Shown: one piece after another, positions 1-12,100 of the stretch | Layout: every line of letters starts with the position of its first letter | Numbering within the stretch: position 1 is the first letter of the stretch | Assembly (NCBI RefSeq): GCF_018977255.1 | Contig: NW_024704743.1 | Coordinates: 868,001 to 932,000 of the forward strand | Source of the DNA: Callorhinchus milii | Taxonomy: Eukaryota | Length of the DNA stretch: 64,000 nucleotides | Direction: 5' to 3' | Position numbers and translations under genes: made by a program | Notes under the pieces: model-generated | What the model saw: only the letters and a program-made list of their open reading frames with translations | Databases searched by the model: none | Told to the model about the DNA's origin: nothing

Positions 1-3000
1 ATATATATACACACATACAATACGCAAAAGAAATTCAAACGCGTGTATTTGTTCGCTGAGGGGGCAATGATTTCCGAGTTGATGAAATCTTAAGTCATTC
101 TCCCCGACGCCTGCATGAGAAACTGACCGAAACAAACTTCACCACCAAAGCAATAAAATCAGACATTTCCCCATAGACGCAGGGTATAGTGTAGGCTGAC
201 CTCTTGAGTTACAGTTTTTTACATTGCTTAAAAACTCTTTGCACAAGGTTTTAACGTCCTGAGAAGCTTAGGCTTGAAAAGGGGCAATGCATCACCTTTC
301 ACGTTTAATATCGGGTTATAAAGCACAAGTCGTATTTCAGAAACCACCGCTTAAGTAACGCTGCTTAAGAGATTATGATAATAATGATAATAATAATAAT
401 AATAAGCTTTGCATTTGATATAGCGCCTTATCACATCGTTGAGATGCCTCAAAGCGCTTCATGGGATATCATGTAAATAATAATAATCTTGCATTTGATC
501 TAGCGCCATATCACAGCGTTGAGACGTCTGCAAAGCGCTTCAAAGCGCTGATGCTGTAAAGTGGAGTGACTGTGTTTTGCGGACATCCGTTTGCTCACAG
601 CAGAGTCCCCACAAACAGCCGTGGATCGAGTGGCCAAATCATTACTTGTCTTTCGCTGTTTTTAAAAAAAGAGATCCTAACCTGGGACCGTGTGCGTCGT
701 GTGCGATGGGAGCTTGGGGTTGACTTGCGATCGGCGCTGTGTGTAACGACTGGCAAAGTGCTCGTGTTTTGTAAAGAGTTTGGGTTGTGAAAAAAGCCCT
801 GGGCTTTGCTTTTGTCAATGTTCGTCACAGGAGGCAATGTCGCCAGGCTGGTCAGACCACATCAGAGATTTGGATGAAGAAGTTCCTGCGGCGGTACGTG
901 ACCCGAATGCCCACCTTACTTACTGTCTACCTTCTCATTACAGGATCGAGAAGTCTCTCGGTTAGGTCCAGTGTCCTGGCCTCAACCCCCAATCCCTGTA
1001 ACGTCGTCACAGCTGTTGATTAACCTGTATATATATGTATGTGTGTGTATTTAAGCTTCCTTGTGTTTGTCTTAAACTTGCTCTTTACATCCCTAACCCT
1101 CTTGTCCTGCTGTTTTCGGTCAGCTGGGGGTTTGGTGGGGGTGGGGGGGTGGGGGGCAGTGGGGTTTGGTGGGGTGGAGGGGGGGGGATCTCGACACACG
1201 CAGAAACTCATTGCCAACCTTGAGTATCCAAAAAAAACAACCCGTTCCATGTAAGTCATTTACACATTTAAATCTGTGTCTGGAATAATAATAATAATAA
1301 TAATAATGATAATAATTCTTGCATTTGACATAGGTTTGAGACGTCTCAAAGGATTCACTGTGTTTGTATCGGATGGTTATCGTGCTGGTCAGACACGTTA
1401 ACATTAATCCTCGTGGGAGAAGATTTCTCACGCGGAAGGTCACCGCTGCCCGTGGGTCGACGGGGTCAGGGGAAGCGAGCCTCGTCGAGCCCGGGGTTGA
1501 GGGCCCGACTGTGCCTTTGCCGGGGCCCTGGCGCTCCGACTGTTGGCGCCTCTCTCCGCTCCCGCTGACCCGAGACCCCCACCCCACTCCCCACCGCGAG
1601 CAGCGGCGAGCCCCCTCGCTCCCAGACCTCCTGCCGCGGGGACACTCGCCCGGCTCACTGTGGCTGGAACCAGCGGCTGAGGGCGTTTGCTGGAAGCCAT
1701 GAGACAACAACCAACACAACCACCACCACAACAACAACAACAATGCCCTTCACACAGGGCCCTTTAAGACGAGCGGAGCCCGACCCCGAGCCGGGGAGAG
1801 GGAGGAGGTGACCATAGTCACAAATGCTCACAGTACAACCCGGACCCCGTTCGAGTCTCCCACGGCAGTTCGTCTAATCTCAATAGCTCCCCTTCTCCTC
1901 CCATTCCCCCTAAACCCCCTGTTACCATTGACAGACTCCCCTACTTTCTGGAGCTCTCTCCCTCTCTCCCTCACTCCCTCCCTCTCTCCCTCCCCTCCCT
2001 CCCTCCCTCCCTCCCTCCAGGTCCGTCTCAAGACCTACGTTTTTGAACCTAGAAATCTTAAGGACCCGATACCCCTTCGACCGCCGGTTTCGGTCAAACC
2101 CCTTCCTGGTGTCTGTCCTGAAATTGTCCTTTGCGACTCTGTCTCCTCTTGCGCTCATGTGTTGGGTGACCTGCAACCCCACACCCCCGCTCCCTCCAAA
2201 AGCTTCACACACACCCCCCACATCGCCCCCCTTTGCGTTCGGTACGGCGCCTTATCATGTCGGAAGGACGTCTCAAAGCGCTTCACGGGAATTACTGTGT
2301 CCCGCAAACAACTGGGATGGGATGACCGGTTTTATTGAGGGGAGAATTGTCGGCCAGGACAACGGGAGGGTGGGGGGGGAAAGAGAGAGAGAGAGAGAAA
2401 CTCCGAGTAGGGCCCTGGGGACCTTCAACATCCAGCTGGACACCTCCAGAATAGTGCCTCCTCAGAAGGTTACCTCGGACAGGCAGGTGGGACGTCCACC
2501 TGACCAGCGCTGGGGGTGGGTTTTATTGTCGGAGACGCCGTCCTTCGGATGAGACGTTAAACCTGGGGGTCCGGTCCCGTGCCCTGTTCAGGTGACGCTC
2601 TCTCTCTCTCGCCGGGTGTCCTGGCGCAGGGCTGGAACGTCAGCCTGGAGGTCCGTTCCTCCCGTGGCGGTGGGCTCCGGGTGCCGCGCCCCGCGCAGTC
2701 GCTGCTCTCTCTCCGCTTCTCAGAGACCCCCAGCTCGGTCGACTGAAAAGGCAAGAAGGAGCCCGAGTAAAACCAGGGAACAGACAGAAAGGCCTTGTAT
2801 TATTATCATCATCATCATTATCATAGCTCATTATTAGCCCTGTAGCTCAGCGGTCGGAGCAGTCGGCTTTGCGAGCGAGAGGACCTGGGTTTGATTCCGC
2901 CGTCTTTCAACGTCCGCCCGAACAGACCGACAAGACGCCCGTCTCATCGGGAGGACCAACCCGCCCGGCAGCGGCAGCCCGGGCCGCGGGGAGATCCAAA

Positions 3001-3065
3001 CCTTTCCCGACGCCGAGGCGAGAGCGCTGGTCACAGAGCCGGGCTCACGCCCCGCTGCGGCTTAC

Positions 3066-5269
3066 CTGGGCTGCAGAGAGGTTGGTCGCGGGAAGGGCCT
3101 GGGCTGGCGGAACGGCGGCTGCCGGTCTGAGTGCTGACCGACGCCCGGTGACTCCGCGGACCGGACGTGCTGAGTAATCGCTCGATTTCCAGCTGTTGGG
3201 ATCTGATGGTCCTCTCCAGTCTGACACAGACACACACAGACACACACACAGACGACGAGAACATTTGGGAGACGGCGGCTTAAGCATCCGGCGCTGGAGC
3301 CCCGTCGCTCGGTGGTCAGAGCCCTCGCAAGCGAGCGGACCCCGGGTCCGATTCCCCGGCCGGGCTCAAACTTTCGGTCAGTTTCCTTAAGCGGGGGGGG
3401 GGGGGGGGGGTGGGAAACGCCGCTGCGCTCAACTGGCTGCCGCGTTTCGCCCGCGAAACACACAGTCACTACACTTTAGAGCGCGTGTCCCGCGAAGCGC
3501 TTTGAGACGTCTCGACGGCGTGATCGGGCGCCGGGTCAAACGCCAGGACTGTTGTTGTTGTTGTTGTTGACCTCCGATAAGCATCAGTCTTTCAGTGCAG
3601 AAGAAACCCACAGCCCCCACCCACCCCTCAACACCCCCCCCAACACCCCTCACCCCCCCCCACCCACCCCACCCCACCCCACCCGCTCCCTCCACCCCGC
3701 TCACCTGCGCTGCACCTTAAGCAGCTCGGCCACGCTGGCGCACAGCGAGACCACCCCCTTCCGACAGCTCCCCACCACCAGCGAGACCGCCCCCGCTGCC
3801 GCCACTTTATCTTCGTCCTCGCTCTCCGCTCTCCAAACGTCTCCTGGAAAATCGGGAACTTTTTCCTTGAAGGATCGGGCGGTTCCCGGGACAGTGACCC
3901 GGAGGCCCGGCTCAGCGCCGCTCTCGCCCTCTCGCGCTGTCTCGCTCGCGCTCTCGCTCTCGCTTCCGAGTCAGAAGCCTGTCTCAAAGCGCACACACAC
4001 ATATACCCGCGCCCCCCCCCCACACACACATATACCCGCCCCCCACACACACACACACACACATACCCGCACCCCCCCACACACACACACACATATACCG
4101 CGCCCCACCACCACCCGCCCCACACACACACACACACATACCCGACCCCCCCACACACACACACACATATACCCGCACCCCCCCACACACACACACACAC
4201 ATACCCGCACCCCCCCACACCACACACCCACACACACACATACCCGCCCCACACACACACACACACATACCCGACCCCCCCCCCCCCACACACACGCACA
4301 CATACCCCTCTACCACACACACATATTATCCACCCCCCCCCCACAGAGACACATACACGCATATACTCCCACACACATGTATACCCATTCCCTCACCCAC
4401 ACGCACGCATATAACCCCCTCCACCACACAGAGCATATTACCCCCACACAGGGAATATACATGCACACCCCACTCCCCCGCTCTCCCCCCATAACCCCAA
4501 TCAACCCCACTCCCCCGCTCTCCCCCCATAACCCCGATCAACCCCACTGCCCCGCTCTCTCCCCATAGCCCTGATCAACCCCACTCCCCCACTCTCTCCC
4601 CATAGCCCTGATCAACCCCACTCCCCCGCTCTCTCCCCATAGCCCTGATCAACCCCACTCTCCCCGCTCTCCCCCATAGCCCCGATCAACCCCACTCCCC
4701 CGCTCTCTCCCCATAGCCCTGATCAACCCCACTCCCCCGCTCTCTCCCCATAGCCCCGATCAACCCCACTCTCCCCGCTCTCCCCCCATAGCCCCGATCA
4801 ACCCCACTCCCCCGCTCTCTCCCCATAGCCCCGATCAACCCCACTCCCCCTCTCTCTCCCACAGCCCTGATCAACCCCACTCCCCCGCTCTCTCCCCATA
4901 GCCCCGATCAACCCCACTCCCCCGCGCTCTCCCCATAGCCCCGATCAACCCCACTCTCCCCGCGCTCTCCCCATAGCCCCGATCAACCCCACTCCCCCCG
5001 CTCTCCCCCCATAGCCCTGATCAACCCCACTCCCCCACTCTCTCCCCATAGCCGTGATCAACCCCACTCCCCCGCTCTCTCCCCATAGCCCCGATCAACC
5101 CCACTCCCCCCGCGCTCTCCCCATAGCCCGATCAACCCCACTCCCCCGCTCTCTCCCCATAGCCCCGATCAACCCCACTCCCCCGCTCTCTCCCCATAGC
5201 CCCGATCAACCCCACCAGCCTGGATAGAGCTGGGTTTCGGATCTCACCTGGAGCCTGACTCTTCTCCAT
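3066..5269 (-). CDS. Candidate unidentified coiled-coil protein gene, first three exons (3' end unresolved)
   Basis: Exons (minus): 5248-5269 MEKSQAP (donor G|gtgaga); 3705-3843 (acceptor ttttccag; GDVWRAESEDEDKVAAAGAVSLVVGSCRKGVVSLCASVAELLKVQR; donor AG|gtgagc); 3066-3220 (acceptor tgtgtcag; RLERTIRSQQLEIERLLSTSGPRSHRASVSTQTGSRRSASPGPSRDQPLCSP; donor G|gtaagc). Phases 1 and 2 join correctly with no stops. No homologue recognised. Confidence 0.45.
3985..4460. repeat. Compound (CA)n / C-run low-complexity repeat, ~30 bp degenerate unit
   Basis: Recurrent catacccgcacccccc(ac)n. Source of the HT/CV-rich pseudo-ORFs. Confidence 0.9.
4465..5215. repeat. 37-38 bp minisatellite, ~20 copies
   Basis: Unit ccccgatcaaccccactcccccgctctctccccatag with small variants; G-rich on the minus strand. 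Confidence 0.95.
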
Positions 5270-7161
5270 CGAACCGGCCTGGCGTTGGGAGTTGGGTTTC
5301 AGATTCCACCCCGAGCCCGGCAACCGTCCAGTGAACCGGGTCGGGGTTGCGTTCAGACACTTCTCGGCAAGTCAAATGTACCCTGAACATTGACGTGTCA
5401 GCTGCTGTGTGTGTCTACGCGCGTGTGTGTGTGTGTGTGTGTGTGCGTGTGCGCGAGTGGTTCGATTTGATTCAATCTCGACCTTTGCTGGTAAACTGTA
5501 AGACGAGACACAGAGAGAGAGAGATGATAGTTACTGAATGGTTTAGCACAGACTTGAGCAACACCTTGTTCAGCAGGTTAGACTCACTCTCTCTCTCTCT
5601 CTCTCTCTCTCTAACTGAGCTCAGGATCCCACACACAAAGGGGTGGTGGGGTGGGGGGGTGTGGGGGGGGGGGGGGAGAGGAAAAGAGAAATCATTAAAA
5701 AAAAATTATAAAGCACCTTTCAGGAAAGGTTTTTTTTTAAAAAAGTAAATCTCTTCCCGTCCTTCACCCACCGCTCCCTCCCCCATCCCTCCCGAAAAAA
5801 AAATCTTCTCCGTCAGAAAAGCATCATCTTTTTTTTTTAAAAAGAAAAGAACTCGCCGTAAGCGACTGGATTAAGAGCTGACTCTTAGACTAAAGAGCAC
5901 AGGTTATCTTTAACCTTATCAAAGGTGCGCTCCCGGTTTGGATTTAAGGGCAGAAAATGTCACGGGTTAATTTTTTATTGGAGGGGCGAAGATGATTTGC
6001 GGCGTCGAGACGCCTCGAAGCTCCCATTCCGCTGACGTATCACCAGAGGACCATCGTGAGGATTATTATTACGGTTCTTCCGCTAACTCCTCGCGAGGGG
6101 GAACTCGCCGAGTAACGCTCCACACGTGAGATCGTTCTGCTTCTTGGTGGCGTGGCATCGGCCCAACACCGCCAAAGGAGGTGGTGACAATCCTTCTGGG
6201 CTGTGTAACTCCATGGGCGATAGGGAGGGAGAGAGAGAGAGAGAGGGGGGGTGGGAGGGGGGTGGGGTAGGGGGGATTGGGGTTGATTTGGAAGCTCTTT
6301 TCAAAGAGCTGGCACAGACACCATGGACCGAATGGCCTCCTTCTGTGCTGTGCTTGGCTCAGAGCCTGGGTTTCTCACCCTCACGCGCCAGGAGAAGGTG
6401 CCAACAGGAGCCGGAGATGAAGCCAATCGACCGTCCAGGTAAACCGGTCATTTGTTCCCCTCCCCTCTCGTCTGTGGGCCTCGGCTCGCGGGTAAATTTG
6501 CTGCTGCTTTTCCCTGTCGGAGATCAGCCACTTTCAGACAGCGATTACTGCATTGGATGCAGCGTCTGATCGGGTCGTCCGAGAGTGCTTCGCAGAACGC
6601 ACTGTGAAGTGGATTGACTGTACATTTTGCGGGAAAAACACAGCAGTGCATAGTGACCACACTTTTCGTTATGAATCCCAGAAAGCGATCCGCCAATCGA
6701 CTGATAAGTGTCAGGAAGCCGAGTCCTTGTTCCACGAATGTTTTCCGCGCGTTACGTGGATCGATCGTAGCGACTATTCAAACTGAGGCCGCAACACCGA
6801 AAAGAATGGCTTTTCTCCTCCTCCCTCCTTCCCTCCCTCCCTCCCTCACCTCCTTCAACGCCTGTCTCGAGACCTTCCTTTTTGACCGTGCCTTCGGCCA
6901 TGGAAGATCTCGAGGCAGACCTGGAACGATGCGAGGGAGGGAGGGAGGGAGTCGGTGGGAGCGGGGGGGCGGGGGGTGTGGGGTTAGCCAAGGAAGGAGT
7001 CCGAGAGGGTAAGGACACATAGGCTGAAAGCATTTTAGTGTAAAAAGTAGTTACGCCGGTGATCATCTATCAAAATGCAAAGATGATTAGTACAACCGTT
7101 CCAAAATGAGACGGGAGCTGTTGCTTAAACAGTAAAGTAGAACCAACGCCCGATTAAAAAG

Positions 7162-7167
7162 TTTATT
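7162..7167 (-). terminator. Possible GORASP1 polyadenylation signal (AATAAA on minus strand)
   Basis: TTTATT on plus, ~1.9 kb downstream of the GORASP1 stop, in non-repetitive AT-rich UTR-like sequence. Usage not shown. Confidence 0.35.
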
Positions 7168-9100
7168 GTCGCTAATGTTAAGCACCTTAAATACAGTTCA
7201 TTGGTGTGTTTCAACATATACAGCCGGATATCACGTCCTCCCCCAAACCGTTTTGTTTCATTCTTTTATCAAAATTAACCCTCTGTGTTAAAAAAAAAGT
7301 CTCCCAGCGGCCACAGCAATCCCGTATGTACACATCATATCAAAAGTATCATCTATATTAATTACTGTGACTTGAAGACCCGTTAGTGCTATAGTAATTG
7401 CAAGTTCAGAGTCCGACTCGTGTCGTCTGACTCTGGACCCTTTTTTTTTTGACCAGCGACCTGGGGGGAGGGAGCGAGTGAGGCATTGCAGCTTCACGAT
7501 CGACACAAATGTGCACTCGCTTCCCCCTCCCCACCCACCAACCCCCACCCCCAAAAAAAATCACCCGTCCCCTTCACTAAAGAAGGGACAAGAAAAGCCA
7601 TCTTGGATTTCTGTGGCCAGAGCACCACGACTAACGCCCGGGCAAAGGATTCCACCCCCCCCACCACCGCCCCCTCACCCAATTGGGCTGACAGTTCCCA
7701 TTGCGAACGGTATTTCGAAAAACAAACCGGATTTTAGAAAATAAATACGAGCCCCGAGGTCACATATTAATAATAATAATCATCATCATCCTTGCATTGG
7801 ATTTAGCGCCTCATCACGTCGTGGAGAACTCTCCACCACTGCCCCCCACCCCACACACGCACACACACTCCCACCCACTCACTCATTCCAAAATGAAGAT
7901 GAAAAACTGATGATTAAAAACTAAGTTGAAAATTCCTCCACCATTAGAGCCCTAAACCCTCAAGTTACCATCGTTCCGCCCCCCCCCCACCACTACCACC
8001 ACCTCTCGCCCACGCTCTCCCCTTTCCCCTCCCTCCCTCACCCCCCCGACCCTGTGCCCTCCTTCACCTCGTACAGCAGCGCTCCCCGCGTTTACTGGAA
8101 ATAGCTTTTCAATATCCTTTTTTTTCCACAAAAAAAAATGCGTCGATAGAAACTGCCGCTCGCAGACGCTTGTCGCAGGTCAGTCAGGACCCACCACACA
8201 CATCCCTCTTTGCCACCACTTTGGTTCTACTGTAAAGAGTGTTAACGACGACAGAAATAATAAAACTCTGGGGGCAGCGCTGTGGGTGGTGGGGGGGGCC
8301 GTAGATACCCTCGGCATTTGGCAACGACACATGACATAAAATTGGCGCTGTGTGTGTAAAAAAAAAAGAAAAACACCGAAACCAAAGAGTGACGGCGAGA
8401 TTATCACCGGGGAAATTTCTAGTCAATGATCGGACAGTAGGATTCTCTCATTCGTCATTTAAAGTCTGTTTCGCAGGTGGGTTAATAGATGCCGTCATTG
8501 TTTTTTCTCGGGGTGAACTGAACCGTTATTGCTCACACGCTCTCGAAGCCCAGTTACAAGCCGGCTCTCAGAAGCCGGGAGCCCCAGGGGGTCGGTGAGA
8601 TTATTCCACACCACCGGCCCCCCGTGGGCGGAACGGCTCTCACTTGCGGGAAAAGCGAAATGCGAGGCCTACGGTCTACGTATAAATCCCAAGTCTTTAG
8701 TGAAAGCGGAGAGCGTTTCTTTTAATATAATATATATATATTAAAAAGTCGGCTCCTTACCAGGAGAAGGCACGCAGAGGTCGCGAGAGGTAACGGGGAG
8801 GGGGGGGGGGGGAAATTAAGGCGGATTCCGCCCGTCGAGGAGACATTAGTATTACACCGATAGTATTTCAACCATCTCCTTATTGCTTCTGCTCAACAGG
8901 GGAATATTCTGCAGTGATGGGCTGACTTAGTGTGACGAGGCGAGGGGTGGAAAGCCGACGTCCTAATCGCCCCCTTTTTCTGTGCCTACTACGATGCGAA
9001 ATTAAGCAGCTTCGCCGCCCGAACGCTTGCGTTTCTTAATGTAGCTCCCGGCGGTGCGAACAAGAGCAAAGCGGGTCGAGAACACTAGGCCGCAGGAGTC

Positions 9101-12100
9101 CTAATCGCTCTCATTTTCTCCCCCCGAGACCTCCTCCGCCGCGAGGCTTCGCGGCTCCTCTTCGGTCGCCGGGGGTTCGTGGGGGGCGACCTTCTCCGTC
9201 TCCGGCGGCGGCAGCGAGGGCGGAGGCTGGTCCTGCTCCCCGGGGAGGAGAGGCGGGGGGCCGGGTGACGCCGGAAGCGATGGGGTGGGCGTCTCGAAGA
9301 CCGGTGGGCTCTCAGCGGCTTCCTCAGCGGCCGGGGCAGCGAGCGGCACGGTGCTGTCCGCGGCCGGAACCTCGGCTGCAACTTGGCAGGGCTGGTCTGC
9401 GGGACACAGGCCACACGAGGCACGTTTAGCGAAGGGCGAAACGCGGCAGCCAATTGCGCACAGTCCCACTTTGTCAGGGGGTAATAACCCCTCAGTGTCC
9501 CTCAGACCGTCAGCCGCGGATTGAAGTGACCACATTATTATTATTATTATTATCATCATCATCATTTTTTTTAAGATAATAAAAGCAGACGAGGAGGGAG
9601 GTGGCCTTACCCGAGTGGGCACTGAGCTCACCCTGTGTGAGCGAGCCGTCCGTTCCCGGAGCGCTGTCTGTCGTCCCGACTAAAGCCGAGGAGGATGTGA
9701 TCGCAGCTGACGGATCTAGTACCCCGGACAGGTTGTGGGGCTCACAGGCCTCTGCGGGTACGGGGGAACTATCTGTTCGAGAATAGGCAGTAAATTCCAA
9801 GTTAAATGCGAGCCCAATCGGCACTCGCTCTCCGCAAACGGTACACAATCGGGTTTTATCATTGAGCAACAACAACTTCATGAAAGGCAGCATCTCGGGA
9901 GTGACGGAGCCTGATGCCGAGCTGGGGGGGGGGCGCGCGGGCGGGAGGAGGTGACCGTAAGGACGGTCAAAGAGGAAGATCTTCAGCTGTGAAGATGGGA
10001 AGAAAGGGGGTGTGAGGTGGAGGGATTGAGGGAGACAGTTCCAAGGCTTCCAGAGGGGTGTGGTGGCTGAAAGAGCGGCCGCTGATGGTGCGGCGGAGGG
10101 GAACGAGGAGGAGGGAGAGAGAGAGCCCACTGAACAAGCGTCTTATTCTGTGTATCGTCCATCTGTACCTCATTTGTTGGCGGCGGTTTTCGGTGCAAAT
10201 GAGCTGCAAGTTTGCCTTCGGAACAATGTTCCCTTCATTCCTAATCATAATAATCCTTGGCTTTGACACAGCGCCTTATCATGTCATTCAGACGTCTCAA
10301 AGCGCTTCACGGAATTCACTGTAAAATGAATCGACCGTGTGTTTCGTGGGCGAAAAGCGGGAGCCAACTGCGCACAGCAGCGTCCCCACAAACGGTCGTG
10401 GATTGAGCCACCAAATTATTATTATTTTTTGAGTGGGGGTGGGGGTGGGAGGGAGGGATTATCACCTCCGGAAAAGTGATCCGCCAATCGACTAACAATC
10501 AACTGTTTACTGATAGGTAACAATTAATGATTATTATACTGTCTCATCAATTACAAAGTGACACACAGCAGGGGCAGGAGAGGGGTGGGGGGGGGGCTCG
10601 AAGTGAACCTGGTGAAGGTGACGGGGCTCAGGCCCCCTGTGAGAGCTGAAGATTCCCGAATACCTGGATCCATGACTCGTCGGAGAGGCGGCGGCGGATG
10701 AGGAGGTGGGGGGAGCGAGCTTTCCATCGTCAGGTCAGGCATTCCTTGCTCCAGGTCTGACACTCCCTGCTCCAGGTCAGGAGTTCCCTGCTCCGGCCCG
10801 GCTGGCCCGTCGCCCATTCGGTCACTCGAAGCGCCGGTGGCCATGAGCGATGCCTGGAAAAACGCCCACAACAATTCACGTGTAGATAGCGCCGGTCACA
10901 GCCGGGAGGACAAGACGTCTCGTGGCGCTTCACACAGCTTCGCAGAGCGAACCCGAGATTCCCACATGGGGCTTCCCCCACCCCCCCACCCCCACCACCC
11001 CATCCCACCGCCCCCACAAAACCATAAGTGTTTACGGAATTCAGCCCCGTAACAGCGCCCGGTCCGATTCTTGACAGTCTATTAGCCCTGGAAAGCGATC
11101 TGCCAATCAACCGATAACTGGTTTCCTGCTGGGTAAACAGATGTGTGTGTGTGTGTGTGGAGTAAGGAAACTCGCCTTAGGGTTCGCCCCTGTCCTGACT
11201 GGGAATCGAACCCCGGGTCCTCTCACTCGCGAGGCGAGAGCGCTCTAAACCACTGAGCCACGGGGACTCCACGCTTTGCCTTCGAACCGGGCGCCGACTC
11301 ACCTCCGCGTATCCGTCCTCCGGAGGCTGTGGTGCTGGACTGGCTGGTGCTGGTGCTGCTGCTGCCGGAGGTGGCGAGAGATCGGGTTTGGTTTCCTCCG
11401 GCCCGGGTGGGAAGCAGGGGATCCTGTGCAAGTAGCCGTAACCAATCCCGCAACCCAGGCTGAGAGCGAGGAAGGGACGAGGTGTTAATACCACTTTACA
11501 TTTACTTTTTAAATGTTTCTTTAAATCTTTCGAGGTTGGGAGGAGACGGCCCAAGGTTCAGACGACCTTTTTTGACTCGTATTGATCAGATCCTCAGGGA
11601 TTGCCTCAGAGCCACAGTGGCCTGGAGCACTCGCCTCGCGAGCCTGGGTTAGTTCCTGCAAATTCCCGAACGCAGCAGCTCTCTGATCTCAACCAGCCCG
11701 TTGGGGAAGCACGAAATCTCACCCGCAGGCTGATCGCGACAGTCATTATTTCACGCTGCCTCCACACAGAGCACCAGGGCTGGTTCAGACGAGGGCGGAG
11801 TGTGCAAACAGGCAACACTGTACGTCCGTTAATAATAATAATAATCCTTGCATTTGTCACCGCGCCTTATCATGTCTACCGGACGTCTCAAAGGGCTTCA
11901 CAGAATATACTGCGAAGTCAATCGACCGCACACGCGTTGTCGCAAAAGGGCACCGTAATAAAAATCCTTGCCTTTGATATCGTGGAAGAATTGCAAGGCT
12001 GCGGGGACTGAGCAGGGGAGAGAGGGACAGGGGAGTGGGACAGCCCTTTCAAACGTCCGGGGGCCGAATGCCCTCCTTCTGGACCGACCGCAGGATTCTA

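Noticed and set aside
1364..1743. GC-rich ORFs on both strands near 1.4-1.7 kb as exons
   Set aside because: Could not be joined in a consistent phase to the candidate minus-strand gene, and no motif is recognisable; left unassigned.
3552..4568. 338 aa plus-strand ORF and overlapping CV-rich minus ORFs
   Set aside because: Mostly (CA)n/C-run repeat. The only unique part (3705-3843) is better explained as a minus-strand exon in another frame.
4465..5215. CRISPR-like regular 37-bp repeats
   Set aside because: Head-to-tail units with no unique spacers, no cas genes, and vertebrate context; a minisatellite.
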